This document shows, piece after piece, positions 51,233 to 63,582 of a stretch of 64,000 bases of DNA (the first letter of the stretch is position 1; every line of letters begins with the position of its first letter). The notes below the pieces were generated by a model. It was given only the letters and a program-made list of their open reading frames with translations. It had not been told where the DNA came from and searched no databases. Origin of the DNA: Tubulanus polymorphus (taxonomy: Eukaryota; Animalia; Nemertea); contig NC_134030.1 of assembly GCF_964204645.1 (NCBI RefSeq), positions 4,940,778 through 5,004,777 of the forward strand, read 5' to 3'. The position numbers were made by a program, and so were the translations under genes.

Positions 51233-54230
51233 GGTATATTATTTATGGAAATTATTATGATAAATTCTAAATGAAATATTTTGTCATTGCAGGATATCTT
51301 CTTTTAATCATTGCAGCTAAATTTCAACTATGCGAAAAACCCAGCTTGAGATCAACTACTCGTCAAAAATCGACCAACTGGAACAGTGCACAGATGAGGC
51401 CAACAGAATCGAACTCATTAACCCACCAACTAATAAGATAATCGCCGATAACGAACCCAACAATTATAAAAGGTAACTTGATATACATGAAATTATTACG
51501 ATTTATTCTTATTGAAATATTTTGTCATTACAGGATATCTTCTTTGCAGCTAAATTTCAACTATAAGAAAAAACTCAGCTTGAGAACAACTACTCGTCCA
51601 AAATCCACCAACTTGAACAGCGAACAGATGAGGCCAACAGAATCGAACTCATTAACCCAACAACTTTAGATGATCCACACCGATAACGAACCAAGCAATC
51701 ATAAAAGGTTACTTGATATACATGAAATTATAACGATTAATTATTATTGAAATATTTTGTCATTACAGGATATCATCTTTTAATCATTGCAGCTAAATTT
51801 CAACTATGCGAAAAAACCCAGTTTGAGATTAACTACTCGTCAAAAATCGACCAACTTGAACAGCACACAGCCAACTAGGATCCAACTCATTAACCCACCA
51901 ACTTTAGATGATCCACACCGATAATGAACCCAGTAATCATAAAAGGTAACTTGATATACATGAAATTATTACGATTTATTCTTATTGAAATATTTTGTCA
52001 TTACGGGATATCTTCTTTTAATCATTGCAGCTAAATTTGAACTATAAGAAGAAAGCCAGCTTGAGAACAACTACTCGTCCAAAATCGACCAACTTGAACG
52101 GCGCACAGCCAACTAGAATCGAACTCATAACCAAACAACTAACAAGATAATCACCGATAACGAAACCTGCAATCAGGTAACTTGATATACATGGAATTAT
52201 TACAATTAATTCTTATTGAAATATTTTGTCATTACAGGATATCTTCTTTTAATCATTGCAGCTAAATTTCAACTATAAGAAAAAACCCAGCTTGAGAACA
52301 ACTACTCGTCCAAAATCCACCAACTTGAACAGCGAACAGATGAGGCCAACAGGATCGAACTCATTAACCCAACAACTTTAGATGATCCACACCGATAACG
52401 AACCAAGCAATCATAAAAGGTTACTTGATATACATGAAATTATAACGATTAATTATTATTGAAATATTTTGTCATTACAGGATATCTTCTTTAATCATTG
52501 CAGCTAAATTTGAAATATAAGAAGAAAGCCAGCTTGAGAACAACTACTCGTCAAAAATCGACCAACTTGAACGGCGCACAGCCAACTAGAATCAAACTCA
52601 TAATCAACCAACTAACAAGATAATCACCGATAACGAAACCAGCAATCATAAAAGGTAACTTGATATACATGGAATTATTACGATTAATTCTTATTGAAAT
52701 ATTTTGTCATTACAGGATATCTTCTTTTAATTATTGCAGCTAAATTTCAACTATGCAAAAAAACCCAGTTTAGAACAACTACTCGTCAAAAATCGACCAA
52801 CTTGAACAGTGAACAGATGAGGCCAACGAATCGAACTCATTAACCCAACAACTTTAGATGATCCACACCGATAATGAACCAAGCAATCATAAAAGGTAAC
52901 TTGATATACATGAAATTATAACGATTAATTATTATTGAAATATTTTGTCATTACAGGATATCATCTTTTAATCATTGCAGCTAAATTTCAACTATGCGAA
53001 AAAACCCAGTTTGAGATTAACTACTCGTCAAAAATCGACCAACTTGAACAGCACACAGCCAACTAGGATCCAACTCATTAACCCACCAACTTTAGATGAT
53101 CCACACCGATAATGAACCCAGTAATCATAAAAGGTAACTTGATATACATGAAATTATTACGATTTATTCTTATTGAAATATTTTGTCATTACGGGATATC
53201 TTCTTTTAATCATTGCAGCTAAATTTGAACTATAAGAAGAAAGCCAGCTTGAGAACAACTACTCGTCCAAAATCGACCAACTTGAACGGCGCACAGCCAA
53301 CTAGAATCGAACTCATAACCAAACAACTAACAAGATAATCACCGATAACGAAACCTGCAATCAGGTAACTTGATATACATGGAATTATTACAATTAATTC
53401 TTATTGAAATATTTTGTCATTACAGGATATCTTCTTTTAATCATTGCAGCTAAATTTCAACTATAAGAAAAAACCCAGCTTGAGAACAACTACTCGTCCA
53501 AAATCCACCAACTTGAACAGCGAACAGATGGGGCCAACAGGATCGAACTCATTAACCCAACAACTTTAGATGATCCACACCGATAACGAACCAAGCAATC
53601 ATAAAAGGTTACTTGATATACATGAAATTATAACGATTAATTATTATTGAAATATTTTGTCATTACTATACAGGATATCTTCTTTAATCATTGCAGCTAA
53701 ATTTGAAATATAAGAAGAAAGCCAGCTTGAGAACAACTACTCGTCAAAAATCGACCAACTTGAACGGCGCACAGCCAACTAGAATCAAACTCATAACCAA
53801 CCAACTAACAAGATAATCACCGATAACGAAACCAGCAATCATAAAAGGTAACTTGATATACATGGAATTATTACGATTAATTCTTATTGAAATATTTTGT
53901 CATTACAGGATATCTTCTTTTAATTATTGCAGCTAAATTTCAACTATGCAAAAAAACCCAGTTTAGAACAACTACTCGTCAAAAATCGACCAACTTGAAC
54001 AGTGAACAGATGAGGCCAACGAATCGAACTCATTAACCCAACAACTTTAGATGATCCACACCGATAATGAACCAAGCAATCATAAAAGGTAACTTGATAT
54101 ACATGAAATGATTACGATTAATTCTTATTGAAATATTTTGTCATTATAGCATATCTTCTTTTAATTATTGCAGCTAAATATCAACTATGAGAAAAAACCC
54201 AGCTTGAGATCAACTACTCATCAGAAAATC
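51233..54230 (+). repeat. Tandem array of ~231-248-bp units (12 complete + 1 partial) with a duplicated 5-unit higher-order block
   Basis: Units start GATATC at ~51293, 51534, 51769, 52007, 52238, 52481, 52716, 52957, 53195, 53426, 53674, 53909 and 54150. Segment 51769-52956 is repeated at 52957-54149, and a diverged unit lies at ~50380-50550. Confidence 0.95.
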
Positions 54231-54531
54231 TACAAGTAGATGAATACTGATTGACCCATTTGCTGATGAAAACTGCAGAAGCCCAGATTAGAAGTTTAGG
54301 AGCCAGCGACGGATTAATCACTCAACGATGGATTCTTCTACAAACGGTGTTTGATTTCTATAAAATATTTTATCAGGATCAGCAGAGACTATAGTGAATC
54401 TTATAAACACTGATTCGAGCGACAAAGCTAATGGATTATCTCATAAACACTGATTTAGGATAAGCACTATTTTAAAAGCAGTAAAGACAATAGGGTATCT
54501 TATTAGGAGCAGCATAAACAATAGTGCATCT

Positions 54532-54828
54532 CAGTGGCGGATTTAGCCTACCGCACTTGCCGCTAATGCGGTAGTCAACATTTTTCCTCTAACAACATTT
54601 TATTTATTTCATGGATGGACTTGACTTAGCTGATTCCTTGGAAAAAAGTACCCATATTAAAACAGGATTTTTCTCTCCCAAAACCCAGGAAATGTCATCT
54701 CAGCCCTTTAAATTTTTCAAAATTATCCGGGGGAGGACCCCCAAACCTCCCGTAGGCACGTCGTGCCTTCGGCACTCGTATTGCACATCTCGTGTCTTCG
54801 GCATATTATGCCTCTGGATCCGCCACTG
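54532..54828. mobile_element. MITE with CAGTGGCGGAT TIRs inserted in a degenerate ~40-bp repeat
   Basis: CATCT|CAGTGGCGGAT...ATCCGCCACTG|CATCT; flanks carry repeated ATCTTATAAACACTGA / AGACAATAGTG units. Confidence 0.8.
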
Positions 54829-55901
54829 CATCTTATAAACACTGAGATCCAGGAGCGGCAAAGACAATAGTGGATTTCTGTAGTAAAGTATTGATTTTTT
54901 TACTTATCACCCTTTTTCAAACCAGTCTGATATAGTGTTTTCAAGGAAATTATTTTATATTGTTCAATGCAATGTGAGAGTCTAATAAAAGCTAAGCACC
55001 ATTAATTCACGATATTGGTCTTCGATCCTTGGTTGATAGAGAAGTCAAGTTAGGTTAGTCACTAGGGGTCAATGGTCGCATTGAGCGCCTAGTTTGAACT
55101 CGTAGGTCTGTTGAGTTAACTCCTAAACTGAGATATAGTTTCAACATGATATTGTGAGTTCAATCTTTAAACTTTACCATAGTAAAACATAGTCAACTAT
55201 GGCTATTTGTCCGTGTAGGTATCACATAGTTAGGAAACATAGAACATAATGTTAGGCCAGTGTTGATGTAGAAATATTAAGTATTTGCTGAATTGTAGAT
55301 GTATTGATTTGATAGATATATATTTTCGAAGGCCCATGTAACTGATTTCACAATTGAATCGTATATGTCGATTTTCACATCGAGTTTTAACTTAGGTTGG
55401 AGACTGTTATTGTAACACAGTTCGCCTGTTTGGAAATTAAGAACTTGCGTGATGATTCCTCGATTGAGATATTATTTGTGAATAAAACGATGTACATTTT
55501 CATCATTCATGTTGAAACTTTTAAGTTGTTAATTTTTATAGCGACAATTCCACTGTGGTGCTTTTCAGTGGTTCATAAAATACTGATTTAATTAAGGCCT
55601 TTTCAAAAATAGCAGGAGCATAGAATAGAAGCAGCAGTTTCTTGATAACTTGAGGATATAGTGCTAATTGGTCAATTGTCCTAGCTTTGTTTTGATTACC
55701 AGTTTAACCGCGTCTGTGTGGGGCCTGTAATATCTGGACAAGAAGAATTTCTGATCTTTATATAGAGTTGTATTTATATCTACTATCAAGTTGAATTATA
55801 CAATTAAGAAGTTACTGTAGCTTCGTCAGTCAAACCATATTTATGTGAAGATACTCGATTTATCTTGAATTATCACGAAGAAAAACCTTTATAATAGTTT
55901 G

Positions 55902-56159
55902 CAGGGTTTGATCTAAGGAATTAATGCCACTAGACCTTGGGGCAAGCATATGTAATATCACTTGCCCCCTCAAAAATCAACTTGCCCTACATGAGCAGTC
56001 CGATTGTGACACAATCATCCCTTGCATCTAGTGGGTTAAAAGCTTTGAGACATAGAATTACACAAGCCCGGTGGTAGACGAGTGATTGTGATAACCTACA
56101 TGCCCTAATGAAAATATACTTGTCCCGGGCAATTGGATTAGTGCTTAAATCAGACCCTG
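55902..56159. mobile_element. hAT-like MITE
   Basis: CAGGGTTTGATCTAAG...CTTAAATCAGACCCTG imperfect TIRs. Confidence 0.65.
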
Positions 56160-57650
56160 CTTTGTTTCAAATGTAACATTTGTGAAATAATTAAAGAAAT
56201 CTCTCAGACGAGGAAATTTTTGGCAATGTTTTTACAGTTTTCTTGTAATAACTAAGATTAATTAGTTTACCTAACGCTTTCCAGAGTGAGTGAATTTGTA
56301 GGTTTTATGTTGAACTGTTTTTTAAATAACTCATTTAGCAGGGTATAATTGTTGTGTAAGAATAAAATGATATACATGTTTCGTCATTCATACTGAGGTG
56401 CTCATCAATGGTTCATAAAATACTATTTTCATAAAGGCCATTATGGAAAATAGAGTAGCAAAATAGAGGAGCATTCTCTTGATAAATGAGGATATATGAA
56501 CAGTATTAATCAGTAGATTTTGCTAGCTATGGACTCTAAAACCATGGTTTAACAATGTCTATATGGGTTCTGAAATATCTGCACAAGAAGCACCTCAAAA
56601 AGTTAGTTATTGAATCTTAACTTAATTGAAGCAAAGCCATTAGTTATTAGTAATTGCCCTAGCTCTATTCAAATTGACAGTTGAACAATATTTATATACT
56701 CGATTTATATACTCTTGTTGAATGCATGGAAGAGAAAACCTCCAAAATACTATATTTATAACAGTTATAATGTTTTTATGTTGGAGATATTTTTGAAATA
56801 CAGGTCACGTTTTTGTAAATGACTGAGGAACTTCCTCCAGTACTGTCATTAAGGTATAATTCTTGTTATAGAGATAAAACGACATGTTGATGTCAATTGT
56901 TCATAAAACATTGATTTATTAAGGTCCTATCGAATAAAGTTGAGCTTTTTCTTGATAAATGAGATGTCCTCAATCGATGTCATTTGAAAAGTTGACATTA
57001 TAGATTCATATTTCATGAAATATAACAATTAGTGTTGGTTATATTCACCTCATGAATTGTCAAATTCATAATCTTAGTCTTTCAGACTAGTCCAATTTTC
57101 GTTTTTTTTTGGATCAAATTTATAATTCTTTGTGTATTTTTGTTATTTTTCTATTGATGCAAATTGTATAAATCAGCTGTAGTGGAAAATGTATCGTAAA
57201 GACTTCTAAATACCTTACATGTAACTTTGTTTTAAGTTAGTACAATTTCATACATAGTAATAGAAATGAAATTGCTTTTAAAATTTGAGAAAATAAGCTA
57301 ATAATTTGACATGTGAAAATAAAATGATGTAAGAATGTAAATCAGATTGATTACTTAATCCTACGCTTTCCAGAGTATTTGGCCAGGTTTATCTCTGGTT
57401 TTAGTGCGGGGAGCCATGGTTTGGGCCATAGACTTTTTTGTTTTAGAGTCTATGGTTGGACCATGGGCGTATAAACTCTCGTTTATAGTTTATACACCCA
57501 TGGTGGTTGGACTAGTTGTTTTTGAAAGTCCACGTGTTTGAGGAGCGTACGTTATAATTTCTCGAGCACAAACCTGGCATTTTGTAAAATTGTTGTATGA
57601 GAATAAATATGATTGATTTTGAAATTTGTCATTCGTTTATTTAAGCAACA

Positions 57651-57855
57651 AGTGTTACTAAAATGAAGCACTACTAAAAACCAAGACTATATGCACCCGA
57701 GAAAACCGACCAATTTACGTTTGCGGCAGTGGTGGTACAGAGCGCCTCAAGTGATGATTTCGAGTATCTTCGGACTTCTTTTTAGTCATGCATAGTTTTA
57801 ATACCTCAAAGTGCATAGCTCTTCGTTTTAGTAGCGCCTAGTTTTTAGTAACACT
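57651..57855. mobile_element. MITE / foldback element
   Basis: AGTGTTACTAAAA...CTACTAAAA and TTTTAGTAG...TTTTAGTAACACT inverted ends. Confidence 0.6.
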
Positions 57856-57924
57856 CCCATTTCACTGACCAGCTATAAAATTAACTGCTTCTCACGGGCC
57901 AGCCGTGAATCATTTTCATGAACC

Positions 57925-58086
57925 CAGGGCCGCCTTCGGTTATCTGAGTTAGTCGACTATAGTCGAACTAAACGAAACCGAATGTCAGTTAGTCCGGAAC
58001 TATATTCCATGAACGAAATCAAGCACCTTCGGTTATTAGTTCCGACCACGAGTCGACTCTAGATATGACAACCGAATTTGGCCCTG
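57925..58086. mobile_element. MITE
   Basis: CAGGGCC...TTCGGTT and AACCGAA...GGCCCTG inverted ends. Confidence 0.6.
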
Positions 58087-58977
58087 GCAGTTGAATCGGT
58101 TGCTGCTCCCCGAAGCATTTTGATCTAAGCATCAAATCATTAGAGTGGAGAATATTTCGTATCAAAATATTAAACAGTCTCCCTCTTCAATGACTGTTCC
58201 TAAGTTTTACGAATCGAGGCATAAAATGAAATTCCTCATTAAGAAGGTATGAAAATATGTTTTTTCAATGATTTCCCAATCGTTCTTGGTGGTTTTGTAA
58301 GTATTGGAAAATACGAAATGTACTACCAACATTTTTCCTAGGTGATGAAAGGCCATGTCGACATGATTATTGGATCCTAGGTAAAAAAAGGCCATGTAGA
58401 TTAAATATCTTGAAAATGTTGTGAAAATGAAATATAATATAGATGTAAGAGATTTTTGATAAGAAGGCTGTTCAAAGTCCCACAATAGAAAAACTGAAAA
58501 GTTGAAATATTCACGAAGGAATGAACCGAAAATTTCGGAATATTTGAATGAATTTTTTCGATATTTTAACCTTTCGGTTTTTTATTCTGGGACTTGGACT
58601 TAATTCAACAAGTTCTATCTCGTCGGTCTCTGTCTGGACAGTCGTTTCCTCCATGCCACTGCATCAATGATAGTCAGGCAGTTTTATAGTTGAAGTACCG
58701 GTACCGGTATTTGCGTTATTAACTTTCATTGATTTGTTTCACGAACATTCCTCCATCATGCAATTAACATCGTCTGGTTGGCCATGCTGTTGTCAAGGTT
58801 ACTGCCTCTTATCTCACTACAGTAATACCAGGCAATGCAGGTATAATGGCTTGATTAATTAAGTATAAATTCAACAGATCGAATAGAATGGAACTGCAGC
58901 TATTGAAACAGTGGTGATTTTACATGCAATTGGATATAAATTCAGTCATAGGAGATTAGCTACTGCAGATACTTCCT

Positions 58978-61900
58978 ATGTTCAGATATTATTTCCTGAG
59001 ATGTGCATTCAATGTAGTAGAATTGTGGACTAGATTTGTTTTACTTACAGTCTATTTTAATGTCATTGAATCTGGCGTAAGATTCACTTATGTGTCACCA
59101 GATATAACAACTTATCAAGGAAACAATGTCACTCTAAGATGTCAAGTTACAGGCTCTGTTTTGCACTCTATCAATTGGACCAAGGTACTGTATACCCTTC
59201 GATTTGACTAATTCTTTATCTTTTGAAAATGTCAACCAAAAAAGGCCATTTTAAAGGTTTTAGCCTTGTATGTACATAACATGGTAAAGCAAAGGATGTT
59301 TTATTAATTCAAAGGTTCACGGGTCATTGCCTGAGTCAAGATTGATCTACCAGTACTCTGGAGAGCTCATTTTGAGAGATGTTGTGTCTGAGGACTCGGG
59401 GACGTATATTTGTTCATTTGGAAGTTTGATTGATCGTATTGGGCTTACTGTTCAGTGTATGTATATTCATGCTAGCATTAGATTGAAGCCCTAATTCAAT
59501 TAGTTCCCTGTAAATCCTGACTTAAGTTGAATGGCTGATTGATGATAATGTTTCTGTAAAGTTAACTTGAACACAAATCTTGAAACCATTCCAACAGACT
59601 GTGAATTAGATTTCACTTGGAATATCGCCTGAATATTTGTTTCTTCGGTTACAGCACCTCCATGGATAACAACTCATTCTGATTCAACCGCTGTCATACT
59701 TGGTCAACCAGTTACATTAAAATGCTCAGTCACAGGTTACCCTTACCCAACAGTAACATGGCATACACCAACATCAGGTACTGATCAAGATCTCATAATC
59801 GATGCATTCTGCCATAATAATCACCTTTAATCATAATGCTGTTGCTAAGTAGAAGTATTTTTTATGACTAATAGAGCAAATGAAAGCTGGAGAATTTCTA
59901 GATGGTATTTTTATTCAACCAAGCAATACACTTTATATAAACACCACAACAGATGAACACCATGGAAACTATAGATGTATAGCTACAAACATTGTAGCCA
60001 CAGTTACTGCCTCGACAATGGTTTCAGTACAAAGTACGTTTCTAGATAAAAACTTTTTGTGAAATACTTTTTGCTGACCGCAAATAATTGCTAGCGATTG
60101 TTCTTTAGTGCCACCAGTGATTGAAATGAAATCCTCCCATGTCAAGATTATTCAAGGGTCAGTATTGAAGTTACCTTGTCAGGTATCTGGACGACCATCT
60201 CCAGTGATTTCCTGGTACTTAAACGGATTGCATATTCAACAAACTGATAACAGATTATATATTCTCGGGTAAGCTTCAGGATTCCTCTCACAAAACATTA
60301 AGAACTACTGATTGACACTTCGGCCATCAACTATGATTTATAATTAGAAAAGCTTGAGCTTTCATTCATACTGTTGTTTTTTACAGAGATGGTGTATTAA
60401 TCATTAGAGAAGTGTTCATGAGTGATGCCGGGACATATACCTGCATAGCTAGAAATATTCTCAATCAAACCTCGGCCAAAATTGAAGTTTCTGTTATTCG
60501 TGAGTATACTTTTGAAATTCCAGTTCAACTAAATGTTGTATTCTGTAATCAGTTCAATTATGATTTCATTTCAGCTAAACCAGCATATCTCATAAAACCT
60601 CATGATCGAGTTGTTCAACTGGGTCAGTCCCTCTTACTCAATTGTCTCGCAACGAATGAGCCCAATAACAACGTCAGCTATGTTTGGAAAAAAGATGCAG
60701 TTTTACTCCAGCAAGGTCTGTTAGATGTCTGAGAGCTGGGTGATAATTCTTTATTCATTGAAAATCTCTCTCAAAATTTATTATGATTTTGCAGACGATA
60801 ATCTGAAGATTTTCGGTAATAATTCAGTTTTCATTGGTCAGATATCTATATTTGATTTGGGTGTGTATGAGTGTAACTTACACAGTGAGACTGCAGTGAT
60901 TAGATCACGAGCGAGCATTTATTTAAGAGGTTAGACGAAATTTTGCCAATATTTTGTGTTTGAAATATCATTCTTGAATTTTTGATTATGTATTAAATCC
61001 ATTTTCAGATGCTCCATCAATGGTTGTTTCTCCTAGCAACCTAACTGTCCCTGTGAATGGCTCTGCGTTGTTCAAGTGCCGGTCGACATCGAAGGAACAG
61101 ATATCTATAAATTGGTTCACATGCGACTCCCCCATTAGAGTGTTAGGTGAAGGTATCAAGTTGCCGGGTGGAAAGTCGAGTGCTGTAGTTTCGGCATTAG
61201 GAGACTTGTATATTCAGGTGAGTGATCCTGTTATTGGGCTGCGGCTGTGGAAGTAAGGCTACGCTGGTCTGATGCACTGATTTATTTTTCTGATCAATTG
61301 AATACGATATTTTCCTCATTCCAGAGAACTACCGTTGTAGACTCTGGTTGTTATAAGTGTCAAGTTAAAAGTGTCTTCAACTCTTCTTTTAAGACAGTTA
61401 GCCTCAGTGTACAAGGTGAGTCTTTATTCATCATCTGCAAAATATCACTGTCTATCAGATTTTGTTTACTGATAGTATAAGAAACCTATGAGATCAGTAT
61501 TTTATGCGTCTCTTGTAGTTCCACCATCATTGGTGAAAACCAATTCACCCGTGGTTGTTCTGGAGAACAGTAGTGCCACCTTGGAGTGTCAGTTTGTTTC
61601 AGATCCCGTATCTAAAGTCACGTGGTTCCACCGTCAATCTAACCGACATTTTCAATCGACCTCGCCCGGTCGTCTGCAACTAAATGATGTGACCTTGACT
61701 CAGGATTCTGGTAACTGGATGTGTATGGGTTGTAATGTAATTGGTTGTTCAGATGGCATTGTCAATCTACTCGTTAATGGTGAGTAGGCAACAAAACTAT
61801 TGTCAATGCTTCATTGTCCACATCTTCGTGTATTTCAAATGAGATAATTCCTTCCATTATAGGTCCACCGGTCTTCACCAAATCGTTGTTGCGTCCTTTA

Positions 61901-63582
61901 GGAAGTCGTATCGAAATATTCTGCTCCGGTATTGGCTATCCATTACCGACTGTTAGTTACTATGTGAACAATCATGAAGTGAATGAACGTAGTCTACCGG
62001 CAGGTTATACACTGCATGATGGTCAACTGTCTATTGAAGAAACGCTGAATAACAATACTGCCTACAAGTGTAAACTGAAGAATATATACGGGAGTGTGGA
62101 GAAAATTCTAACTAGTGAGTATGTAAGAACAATTTATGCAACTACTGAAAAATATTATATTTATGAGGTCATTCAAGGGGATTTAGTATAGATTTAGGCA
62201 GTTTTTGATTGAATGTATTCCGGTTTAGGTATTGCAATTCCGGGTTCAGGAATAGCAATTTCGGATCTTCTATCAGGTTTACAGAATATGCTATTCCGAA
62301 AGAGGTAGAGTGAATTCTGGTTGAAATGAGCATATACCATAGAGAATTCTGGAATCGGTTGAGACCAATTGAAACCTGCCTATATTTCTCCAGTGCTTGT
62401 GCTGGATCGACCTTCTTAACCCTTTCAGTGCTGACTAATTAATACCCTATAGTGCTGGAGATAATTTGAAAATTCTAAAAAATTCCACCCTAGTGTGTTA
62501 AACAACGGGTATACCACTATAGTGCGTCTACACTGCGGTGTATCGTTAGTTACTAGTATTTCACTATGTTTGACACGTGCTGCCATTTTTCAAGAGAGAT
62601 AATTACTAATTACATCAATACACCGCAGTGCGGTGTACTAGCAAAATCTATCACTGATTTATACACCGCACTGGACGCACTGAAAGGGTTAATCTAATAC
62701 AAGTATAATTTCACTACGCGGTGTATTTTCAGTGCCTTCTGCTCCGAGTTCACCAAGAAATATAACAATAATAGACGTAACATCCATCTCTGTATCGCTA
62801 AACTGGACAGAGCCATTAATAGGTGGTGACAGCGTGATTTCATATGACGTACAATACCGTGCAACTCCAGTCATCCAATCATGGTCGTCGACAGTGGCTT
62901 GGATAACCACAGTAACAGTGAATAAACTCCACCCCTACACGTTGTATTCGTTTCGTGTTCGTGCCTTTAATGGAATTGGATACGGTCTGTATTCGACATC
63001 GAATCGAGTGATGACTTTACCAGCAGCACCATCCAAACCGCGAAATCTCACGTTCGAGCTGAAAGGGTTTTCAGATGTTTTAGTTTCGTGGGAGGCACCG
63101 GTGAAATCAAATGGCAACACAGGTGATAATAGCGTAAATAGTTGAGACTATTTCCAGTCTTGATGAACATCATTGAGAAAAAACCCACAATCTCAATTCA
63201 AACAACTGTAATTAGTTTTTTCTTACAAGTTTCGGGTAGAATCCTTCGAGTGGAGCTTATTTGAAAATTATTCATTGACATACATTGTGGGCTTCTCAAT
63301 GTGATTATAGTAATTGGTGTGGCATTAGAATCCAGTTCCTTGAGATGGCAGTTGAACATGACAGTTCATTGAATCTATTTGTAGCTGATGTTATGTATGA
63401 AGTATCCTATTACCCATTAAACAATGCTGAAGCTATGATATCTGTACAGTCTGAGAGTCTGCAGGTGACGTTATTGGGTCTGAATACGTCGGCTATGTAT
63501 TCTGTTTCTGTGAGAGCTGGAAATTCACATCTGGATGTTTGGAGCCCGTATTTGACTGAAACAGTTGATCTAACACTATTAG
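58978..63582 (+). CDS. Ig-superfamily cell-surface protein, 7 Ig domains + at least 2 fibronectin type III domains (3' end beyond window)
   Basis: In-frame exons at approximately 58978-59184, 59315-59456, 59654-59777, 59875-60033, 60109-60268, 60387-60499, 60575-60714, 60795-60929, 61009-61217, 61325-61415, 61518-61779, 61863-62114, 62733-63121 and 63384-63582. Repeated C...W...DxGxYxC Ig motifs and FN3 motifs (PSSPRNI...LNWTEP...LHPYTLYSFRVRAFN). The start codon and signal peptide are uncertain. Confidence 0.88.
62420..62688. mobile_element. piggyBac-like MITE (TTAA TSD)
   Basis: TTAA|CCCTTTCAGTGC...GCACTGAAAGGG|TTAA in the intron between Ig7 and FN3-1. Confidence 0.9.

Noticed and set aside
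51233-54230. CRISPR-like array
   Set aside because: Eukaryotic DNA; whole ~240-bp units are homologous, with no unique spacers and no cas genes.
58758-58840. Upstream coding first exon for the Ig/FN3 gene
   Set aside because: Neither ATG gives a signal peptide in the phase required; it is more likely 5'UTR.
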